This document shows, piece by piece, positions 57,228 through 64,000 of a stretch of 64,000 bases of DNA; position 1 is the stretch's first letter, and every line of letters starts with the position of its first letter. Source of the stretch: Planctomycetota bacterium (GTDB lineage Bacteria > Planctomycetota > GCA-002687715 > DRQF01); the NCBI GenBank assembly GCA_036479435.1, contig JAZGFI010000113.1:18711-82710 (forward strand), given 5' to 3'. Made by a program: the position numbers and the translations under genes. The notes below the pieces were generated by a model that was not told where the DNA came from, did no database searches, and was given only the letters and a program-made list of their open reading frames with translations.

Positions 57228-60200
57228 GTGCGCAAAACGCTCCGCGAGTACGGCCAATTGGGCCTTTTGTTCGCTGGCTTTCTGGCTGGCATCGGACTCG
57301 TCGTCACCTGTGGCGGCGGCGGGGGAGGTCTCCAGAGTACACCGACCTCCACCTCCTCCACGATTTCATTCGTGCCCTTGGATCTGGGCATGTTGGGGAT
57401 CATGCCGGGCACTCCACTTGACAACGTTGGCGTTCCACCGGTGCTCCGCGGCGTGACAAATGTACAAGATGCGCTCAATCGCATTAACGTCATCTTGTCG
57501 CCTAGTCTTTCGATCTTGTCAGAAGAATTAGCCAACGACCCCTTGCTTCCCCCGATTATCACGCCGCCGGCGATGGCCGGTCAGCCCGTAGTGCCCTTGA
57601 CGTTTTCGCGGGCGCTCGCTGGCCTCGTTCGGTCTGGCAACATTTCGGGTCCCCTGCGCGCCGACATTTCTTTTTCCCTCTCTTGCGAAAACACGGGAAA
57701 CCCCGATGGTGCTCGCGTGGCGCGCATCTTTTGCCGCGACCCGGGTGGAAATGCGTCGGGCGTCTTCGAAATCTTTGAGCCCTTGGTTCCCTCAGGGTCG
57801 GGCAACGGAGCTTTGTTGTCTTCGACGATGGGGATGGTGCTTCCCAGTGATATCGTCCGCGTTCGGATCGACGGCGGTGATCCCTCGATCAGTCTTTTTA
57901 GTCCGACGGGTGGCGCAGGCACGCCGCCTACCATCACCTTGCTCGGCAATGGGGGCAACATCGCCGCCAACGGCACGATCACCGCGATGGGCTCCATCGC
58001 CTCCGGGGCCAATGTCACTGCCGCGGGTAGTGTCTCGGCGACCAACAACCTGATCGCCGGTGGCAATGTGAATGCCGGTTCCAACGTCAACGCAGGCGGC
58101 GATGTGACGGCAAGCAACGATGTCAACGCCGGAAACGATGTAACCGCCGGCGGAAATATCATCGCGACGGGCGATGTGAACGGCACAAATATCACGGCCA
58201 GCGCTGCTCTCAACGGCGCCACGGTCAATGCGACGGGCGACGTGACCGCGGGAGGCAATCTCGTCGGCGGCGATGTGAATGCCACCGGCACCGTGACGGC
58301 CGCCAACGTGACCGCGAGCGGCACCGTCGCTGCGGCGATGGTGATGGCCGGCGTCGTCACCGGTACCGCGACGGTTACTGGCGGCACCGTCAACTCCCTT
58401 GGCAACGTTTCGGCGGGCACGGACGTGACGGCCGCCAACAATGTTATGGCTTCGAATAACGTGACGGCGACCAATGACGTTATCGCCGGCGGCAACGTCA
58501 CGGCGGGTGGCAACGTGGTCGCGACCGGCGACGTTAGTGGTGCCAACGTCAACCTCACTGGCGCTCTCAACGCCGACAGCGCGGTGATCACCAACGGTCT
58601 GAGCGCTACGAACGTGACGGCTTCCGGCACGATCAGCGGTGGCGTGGTGGCCACGGGTGGCACCGTGACCGCCAGTGACGGTGGAGCGAACAGCGTGATC
58701 TTGGACGCCGCGACGGGTAGCGCTACGGCTACTGGCGACATGAGCGCTGCGAACTTCAATGCCACGGGCGATGTCAACGCGACGAACCTGACGGTCACCG
58801 GCGCGATCATCTCTAGCAACTTCAATGGCGTCACTTCGGTGACGGCGGGTCCGGCGGGCACACCCACCGTGACGCTCGACGGCGCGGCGAGTTCAGTGAC
58901 CGCTGGAAACGACCCCACCGCCGCGGGCCTTAGCATCGGGGCTCGCCTCGACGGCGCAACCGGCTTGGCGACTCTGAATTCCGCAACAGCGGCCGCCCTC
59001 ATGGTCGGCAACGGTACGGTCGTCACCATCGCGGACCAAAGCGTTGATCCGGATGGCGCGCACGCTTTGGTGCGAGCGGGCGAAAAGGGCGGAGCAGCCC
59101 CCGATGGAACTGGTTTCCTCGAGGTACTCGACTCAACTCAAACTTCGGTCATCATGCTCGATTCTGAAGACGGAATGGTGACGGCAGCCTGCTTTTTGGC
59201 GACCGGTGGTGGCGGCCCGCCTTCGATCTTTGGGTCCGTGACCATGACGGACTTGACCATCAACACGACTCTCGATGTCACCGGGGTCTCAACCTTAACA
59301 GGTGCCCTGAACGCCAACGGCGGTGCCGCCGTGACCGGGGGGCTGACCTCCGACACGGTCTCAGCATCTTCAACGATCACGGCAATGAACGGTGCCAATT
59401 CCGTGACGATGGATGGCTCGAATGGCAACTTGACCGCGACGGGTAACGTGAGCGCGACCGGCGATATGTCGGCCACCAACATCACTTTGACTGGTGCGGT
59501 GAATACCACGACAGTCGTGGCTTCGGGTGCGGTCATGTCCGCCACCGTCGCCGCAACGGGTGCGGTCAGTGGTGCGACTGTCTCTTCGTCGGCTGGCGAC
59601 ATCGCATCAGCTGCTGCGGTCACGGCAACGACTAGCGTCGATGCCACGACGGACGTCACGGCCGGAGGCGATGTCACGGCGACGGGCGATCTTAACGGCG
59701 TCAACGTCAATGCTTCAGGTACGGTCAACGGAGCGATCATCGCTTCGACGGGCGCGGTCACGGGGGCCTCGGTGACGTCCACCGGAACCGTCACTGGGGC
59801 CACGGTGACCTCGACGGGTGCCGTCAGCGGCGCCACGGTCGCGGCCACGGGAGCGGTGACCGGCGGATCTGTGACCTCGACGGGAACCGTCGCGGGTAAC
59901 GCCGTCACGAGTACCACGACGATCACCGCGGGTACTGTGGTGCTCGATGCCGCGGGAACGACCGTCGCTATCGGCGCCAACGTCAACGCGGATGGTAGTG
60001 CGGCTGGATCACTGACCGTGGGCGCGGTCGGAACAGCGGTCGCGCTCGACGGTGTCGCCGGCAGCATTACTGCAGATGGCGACATCTTCTCGGGCGGCAC
60101 GATCACCTCGACGGTTGACTTTGTTGCCTTGGGATTGAAGAGCTTCATCCAACCGCACCCCTACGATCCGGCGCTCGAAATCCGCTACATCTGCCTGGAA

Positions 60201-60662
60201 GGCCCCGAAAGTGGTGTCTACGCTCGGGGAACGGCGAAGCTGGTGAACGGCAAGATCCGAATCAACACTCCTGAGAGTTTCTCCCTCGTCGCGGCCGCCG
60301 AAGGACTTTCGGTGCAGGTCACGGTTATGGGCGACTGCAACGGGGTGTACGTTCCGAAGTCCTCGATGTCGCGCAACGGTTTTGACATTCAAGAGTTGTT
60401 GAACGGCCAGAGCGGAATCGAAGTGAGTTGGATGATCTACGGTGTTCGCCGTGGCTCCGAAGCTTTCGACGCCATCCAGCCGAATAAGCACTTTGTTCCC
60501 AAGGTGTCCGACGAGCCGATGTTCCCGCAGGGACACCCGGCCCGAGCCGTCCTCATTGAACTCGGAATCCTCAACGCGGACGGCAAGCCGAACGCGACGA
60601 TGGCCGAGGACATGGGATGGGAACTTAAGACCCGCGCTCAGATGCGCACGCAAAACCGCTAA
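57228..60662 (+). CDS. Giant lipoprotein: Cys-Gly6 tether, about 700 aa of hexapeptide-like (x-V-T/N-A-G/S-G/N) repeats, conserved globular C-terminal domain
   Basis: GTG 57228 after GAGGGA. Signal/lipobox LGLLFAGFLAGIGLVVTCGGGGGG. Repeats such as GGNVNAGSNVNAGGDVTASNDVNAGNDVTAGGNIIATGDV. C-terminus FIQPHPYDPALEIRYICLEGPESGVYARG.... Alternative starts 57132 and 57159. Confidence 0.75.
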   Translation: MRKTLREYGQLGLLFAGFLAGIGLVVTCGGGGGGLQSTPTSTSSTISFVPLDLGMLGIMPGTPLDNVGVPPVLRGVTNVQDALNRINVILSPSLSILSEELANDPLLPPIITPPAMAGQPVVPLTFSRALAGLVRSGNISGPLRADISFSLSCENTGNPDGARVARIFCRDPGGNASGVFEIFEPLVPSGSGNGALLSSTMGMVLPSDIVRVRIDGGDPSISLFSPTGGAGTPPTITLLGNGGNIAANGTITAMGSIASGANVTAAGSVSATNNLIAGGNVNAGSNVNAGGDVTASNDVNAGNDVTAGGNIIATGDVNGTNITASAALNGATVNATGDVTAGGNLVGGDVNATGTVTAANVTASGTVAAAMVMAGVVTGTATVTGGTVNSLGNVSAGTDVTAANNVMASNNVTATNDVIAGGNVTAGGNVVATGDVSGANVNLTGALNADSAVITNGLSATNVTASGTISGGVVATGGTVTASDGGANSVILDAATGSATATGDMSAANFNATGDVNATNLTVTGAIISSNFNGVTSVTAGPAGTPTVTLDGAASSVTAGNDPTAAGLSIGARLDGATGLATLNSATAAALMVGNGTVVTIADQSVDPDGAHALVRAGEKGGAAPDGTGFLEVLDSTQTSVIMLDSEDGMVTAACFLATGGGGPPSIFGSVTMTDLTINTTLDVTGVSTLTGALNANGGAAVTGGLTSDTVSASSTITAMNGANSVTMDGSNGNLTATGNVSATGDMSATNITLTGAVNTTTVVASGAVMSATVAATGAVSGATVSSSAGDIASAAAVTATTSVDATTDVTAGGDVTATGDLNGVNVNASGTVNGAIIASTGAVTGASVTSTGTVTGATVTSTGAVSGATVAATGAVTGGSVTSTGTVAGNAVTSTTTITAGTVVLDAAGTTVAIGANVNADGSAAGSLTVGAVGTAVALDGVAGSITADGDIFSGGTITSTVDFVALGLKSFIQPHPYDPALEIRYICLEGPESGVYARGTAKLVNGKIRINTPESFSLVAAAEGLSVQVTVMGDCNGVYVPKSSMSRNGFDIQELLNGQSGIEVSWMIYGVRRGSEAFDAIQPNKHFVPKVSDEPMFPQGHPARAVLIELGILNADGKPNATMAEDMGWELKTRAQMRTQNR
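57946..60120 (+). repeat. Degenerate 15-21-nt periodic coding repeats (two blocks, interrupted at about 58990-59250)
   Basis: Seen directly in the translation. The composition is almost only G/A/T/V/N/S/D. Long ORFs on the opposite strand mirror the repeat. Confidence 0.7.
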
Positions 60663-60678
60663 CTTAGAACTTGACGAC

Positions 60679-60711
60679 CCGCCGCGCCCCCAAGCGCGGC
60701 GGTTTTTTTTT
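60679..60711 (+). terminator. Rho-independent terminator
   Basis: ccgccgcgc-ccccaa-gcgcggcgg followed by T9. Confidence 0.88.
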
Positions 60712-60957
60712 GACTCGCAAAGGGTGTCCATTCGCGTCAGACCATTTTCACCACCCTTTGCCCACCCAAAGTGCGATAGGGGCTCGGTCAAGAATAATTT
60801 CGCAGGGCTCGCACCCAGACTTGCGTCAGATTCGACCTGGGCGATTGAGTGAGAACCGCAGCATACTTCCTGTATTCGAGGATTCTTGCGATTGAGAACG
60901 GACCGAAGATGGCGCAAAGCTGGGCAGCGAGGATGTGAAATTGTTTTTGACCGAGCT

Positions 60958-62577
60958 CTAAGGCAAGTCGAGCTGCGGGCGGTCTTCGCGGCGGGCCGGG
61001 CGGTCGAGTCTTGAGAGGGTGATCTTGCCGAGCTCGAATAAGTCGCCTCGGATGCGGAGGCGAAGGTCGGCACCACCATTTTGTCGGTTGGAGAAACGAG
61101 CGTCGTCCAGGATCCAACGCAGCGTCCTTATCTTTGTGGCCTGCTGGCGGCGGTAGAGCGGCGCGCTTTTGTAGGCGCCATCGCCTGAGGCCCGAGGATC
61201 CCAGGAGTCGTATTGAAGCTGTACGGAGCCGCGACCGCCATCGACGAATTCGATTTCGACGCTAAAGGCCAAGGCGCTGCGATTGGCGAATTCATCGGCG
61301 ATTCCGAAGTAGAGGTAGCGGTCGCCAGGACCGGGGCTGGCGACGAAACGGCGTTCGCCTATCGACTGGCGCTTGAAGGGGCCGTCGGCTTCTTGGGCCA
61401 AGCGCAAACCCTCACCCAAGACGCCGGCGTGAAGTGCCGCCGAAAAATTGACGGCATTGGACTGCCCTTTTGATTTCCACCAACCGGTGTCTGGGCGCGC
61501 CAAAGGATCGGGGTGAGTGAGACGGATCGGCTTTGAAACGTCGGGCAGCAGGTGCGCGCGGAGCCTCTTGCCCATGTGGCGTGTTAGTTCGATGTAATTG
61601 TCTTGGTATTCGGCGCAGTCGGCGATGCCGGTGCCACGGCGAAAATCGTTCCAGGAGTCGATCAGGACCAAGGCGGGCAAAGCCAAGAGCGCTTGGTTCC
61701 AACTGTGCTGGTACCAACGGGTTTTCTCGCGGTCTCTAATCGGCGTCCCTTTGCCGGCGAGACGGGTGTCGTTGTAGCCGGGGCCGATCACCTTGACCGC
61801 GGCGTCTTTACCGGGTCCGAGGAGCGCGGCCTCGTTGGACCAGTTTGCGGGCGCGCGGGCCCGCCAGGACCGCTCCGCGATGATGAACAAGTGCTTTTTC
61901 TCCGCCGCGAAGACGGCGTCGTTCAGGGTCTGCAAAATCTTGCTTTCGTGCCTCGATCCCCAAGTCGGCCCGAGGAGCAGGGGCAAGAAACCGTCCATCG
62001 TGAAGCGGTGTGCGGGCGGCACTAGCTTGTAAAAAGCTAGGATGCGGCTTTGAAATTCACGGCTGAGTTTGGCCGAGTTCAGGTCTGGTTGAGGACCGGC
62101 CTTGTTCACCAAGAGATCACTAGTGTCGAAGTAAAGGGCTATCAAAGGGGGCTGGCCGCCTGCCGCCAGGATTAGGGACCGAGCTTTCACCAGGGCGCGA
62201 ATACGCATCGCCTCGTCGCTTCCGCTTCCGCCGCAAAAGCGCGGCAAGACACAGTCGATCTCGGCCTCCATCATTTGCTCAAGTTCGCCTTCGTGCCACT
62301 TGACGCTAAGGCCGTCCACTTTCTGCGGGGAACGAAAATGCTGGTGCAAGGCATCACTCCCGTCGGGGTTGGTGAAGCCGAGTTTTGGATAGCGGAAATT
62401 GGATTCGTAGAGGACGCCGAGTTTTGGCTCGACGAGCCGTTTCTGCTCGGGCTTTTTGCCGCCGGGGTTAGATGGCTTAGATTGCGCCACAAGGTTCGTC
62501 GGGAATTGGGGCAAGGCTAAGATGGCGCTCAGGATTGCTAGCCAGATGGCGCCCTTGGAGAAGATAGAAGGTGTCAT
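60958..62577 (-). CDS. Secreted hypothetical protein, possibly a degenerate GH99/WbsX-like glycosidase fold plus a C-terminal beta-sandwich
   Basis: Signal peptide MTPSIFSKGAIWLAILSAILALP. LVLIDSWNDFRRGTGI resembles the SWNEW.EG motif region. Start 62577 preferred over 62646. Confidence 0.6.
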   Translation of the reverse strand: MTPSIFSKGAIWLAILSAILALPQFPTNLVAQSKPSNPGGKKPEQKRLVEPKLGVLYESNFRYPKLGFTNPDGSDALHQHFRSPQKVDGLSVKWHEGELEQMMEAEIDCVLPRFCGGSGSDEAMRIRALVKARSLILAAGGQPPLIALYFDTSDLLVNKAGPQPDLNSAKLSREFQSRILAFYKLVPPAHRFTMDGFLPLLLGPTWGSRHESKILQTLNDAVFAAEKKHLFIIAERSWRARAPANWSNEAALLGPGKDAAVKVIGPGYNDTRLAGKGTPIRDREKTRWYQHSWNQALLALPALVLIDSWNDFRRGTGIADCAEYQDNYIELTRHMGKRLRAHLLPDVSKPIRLTHPDPLARPDTGWWKSKGQSNAVNFSAALHAGVLGEGLRLAQEADGPFKRQSIGERRFVASPGPGDRYLYFGIADEFANRSALAFSVEIEFVDGGRGSVQLQYDSWDPRASGDGAYKSAPLYRRQQATKIRTLRWILDDARFSNRQNGGADLRLRIRGDLFELGKITLSRLDRPARREDRPQLDLP

Positions 62578-62620
62578 GAGGGCTTCGACCACCAAAGAGT
62601 CGCTTTCTTGCGGGTAATTT

Positions 62621-63280
62621 CTAGATGAGGTCGCCTTCAGCGGCAATGGCCTCGCGCAGAGGAACCATGAGCCGACCCCAGATCATAAGCAAGTGGACGA
62701 AAACCCCTGCGGCGCCGCACAACAGTACGAATCCCGGAGTGAGGGGGCCTTTTTTCGTCACGGGGAGTACTTCGACGGACTTGCCGAGCAAAAAGACCGG
62801 GGCGCGGTCGGCCAAAACTGAGGCATCGGTTCCGGTAAGGCTGGCTTGGAACTTGTATTTCTCACCAGCAGTGACCTCGAGTTTCGATTCGTGAAGAATC
62901 CAGCGCGCCCGTGATTCTTCGACTCGGCTCGCGATGTATTCCAGTTTTTTTAGCACGCGGCTCTCTTCGATTTTGGGGTCGCTGGCGCTGTGCCACCTTA
63001 GCGCCAGCGAAAGAGCGGGGGCGTCGTTTTTTTGGAGCCAACTCAATAGCTCGGAGGCATCGCCTTCGCCTCCGACCTCGATGGCAAAACGCAAGTCGGC
63101 TTCACCGTCGGCCGCGGCTTCGATTTCTATCTCCGCCGAGATGCCGTCTTCAATCGCGAGTTCCGTAGCCGCAAACGGCGGAGGTGGCGGGTCCGACGCG
63201 AGCTTGCCGGCCTTTCCCGTCCAGACCATGCCGACAGCCAAGGCGACCCAGCAGGCGAGCGCCACGGCAGTCCGCAACAT
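62621..63280 (-). CDS. Hypothetical membrane protein (TM at both ends)
   Basis: MLRTAVALACWVALAVGMVW... and ...GFVLLCGAAGVFVHLLMIWG. Starts 3 nt after the upstream stop codon. Confidence 0.55.
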   Translation of the reverse strand: MLRTAVALACWVALAVGMVWTGKAGKLASDPPPPPFAATELAIEDGISAEIEIEAAADGEADLRFAIEVGGEGDASELLSWLQKNDAPALSLALRWHSASDPKIEESRVLKKLEYIASRVEESRARWILHESKLEVTAGEKYKFQASLTGTDASVLADRAPVFLLGKSVEVLPVTKKGPLTPGFVLLCGAAGVFVHLLMIWGRLMVPLREAIAAEGDLI

Positions 63281-63282
63281 CT

Positions 63283-64000
63283 TCACCCTTCGACCGCCGC
63301 GTCGGTTTCGTTGCTGCCCGCCATCGCGCCCCAAAGCTGTTCGGCTCCTTGGCGAATGAGGGGCGCGAGTTTGCGCGTGTCAATTTCGGGGAATCGGCCG
63401 CGCTGGTAGCAAAGCGTGCCGTCAATCATGACGGCATCGATGTGGCGAGCCCCCATGCCGAAAAGGAGGTGTTCGGCGATGTTGTCCGAGTGAATGGGGG
63501 TGCGCGGGTGATAGTCCAAAATCACAAAATCGGCTCCGGCGTCGCGACGCGTTGAGCCAAGCTCGACTCCTAAGAGCTCCGATGCGAGTTGCTGCCCACC
63601 GACCAACATGCGGATCGCGGCTTTTGCATTCATGTTCTGCCCGCGACTGAGCGCTTGATCGTGGGCAGCCCGTGCCTCTGCCAACATGTCGCTCGGCCAG
63701 CCGGCGGTGCCGAGGGCTACGAACTCGCCGAAGTTTTCATGGGGAGCGGAGCAAAGTCCCATGCGTGCATCGGCAACGGGACAGTGGATGAGCCAAGCGC
63801 GGGCCTCGCGCAGCAGCCTAGTTTCCTCTTCGTCGAGGTGAACCCCGTGAGCGATCAAGGTGCGTTGGCCAAGCAAACCTCGCGCGTGAAGCGCGCGAAT
63901 GCCGCTGTCGGCACCCCGGACTTTGCCGCCCACGATGTGAAGGCCTGTCGAGCTGTCTTGGACGGCCTCGGCGAGATCGTTCAGTTCTTCTTCGCTAAAA
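63283..64000 (-). CDS. Amidohydrolase-superfamily protein (chlorohydrolase/deaminase-like), 5-prime end outside the window
   Basis: The frame stays open to 64000 (...FSEEELNDLAEAVQDSSTGLHIVGG...). LIAHGVHLDEEE, LIHCPVADARMG, GTAGWPSDML and DFVILDYHP are typical of the metal-dependent hydrolase fold. Confidence 0.75.
   Translation of the reverse strand, partial: FSEEELNDLAEAVQDSSTGLHIVGGKVRGADSGIRALHARGLLGQRTLIAHGVHLDEEETRLLREARAWLIHCPVADARMGLCSAPHENFGEFVALGTAGWPSDMLAEARAAHDQALSRGQNMNAKAAIRMLVGGQQLASELLGVELGSTRRDAGADFVILDYHPRTPIHSDNIAEHLLFGMGARHIDAVMIDGTLCYQRGRFPEIDTRKLAPLIRQGAEQLWGAMAGSNETDAAVEG

Noticed and set aside
57581-60148. Two long minus-strand ORFs (482 aa and 336 aa) lie inside the repeat lipoprotein gene.
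   Set aside because: They are Pro/Val/Thr/Ala-rich mirror images of the + strand GNV/GDV repeats, with no start context, signal or terminator. The + strand ORF has a promoter, SD, lipoprotein signal and terminator.
60009-61079. A 356-aa minus-strand ORF bridges the lipoprotein gene end, its terminator and the next gene.
   Set aside because: It runs straight through a strong hairpin-T9 terminator and two other supported CDSs. The translation is Arg/Ser-rich and low in complexity.

Overview
GC-rich bacterial chromosomal window with diderm-type gene content. I call about 50 protein genes and one tRNA (Cys-GCA). I saw no rRNA, CRISPR array, transposase or integrase. Positions 359-42262 form one co-directional (+) array. 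It mixes housekeeping genes (nrdR, smc, truA, hpf, yvcK, ptsH-ptsI, rng, rplU-rpmA-obg, coaX, pyrB, an EF-G paralogue) with four separate type IV pilus blocks: pilM-N-O/P-Q; pilT plus a PDZ protein; pilD; pilT-pilC-TPR-pilin. No pilB is present in the window. Positions 42.3-47.1 kb hold tatD, a DHH/NrnA-like gene, ETF-QO, tRNA-Cys and a CaCA antiporter. Positions 47.2-63.3 kb look like an envelope/surface block: a secreted PPC-domain protein, a 1775-aa tandem Ser/Thr kinase-TM-FGE protein, a beta-barrel OMP divergent from a 1145-aa repeat-solenoid lipoprotein, a degenerate glycosidase-like protein and a membrane protein. A partial amidohydrolase gene runs off the right edge. Observations most worth follow-up: (1) nrdR overlaps a catalytically stripped NrdD homologue that carries two ATP-cones. 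(2) PyrB is fused to only the Zn domain of PyrI. (3) The divergent OMP / hexapeptide-solenoid lipoprotein pair. (4) The dual-kinase-FGE giant. (5) A perfect (GGC)10 microsatellite encodes a poly-Gly tether directly after a lipobox Cys, and the same Cys-polyGly layout recurs in a second lipoprotein. (6) Paired AU-loop hairpins flank rplU just downstream of rng. All functional calls come from by-eye motif recognition. No database search was run, and family sequences used for comparison are from memory.
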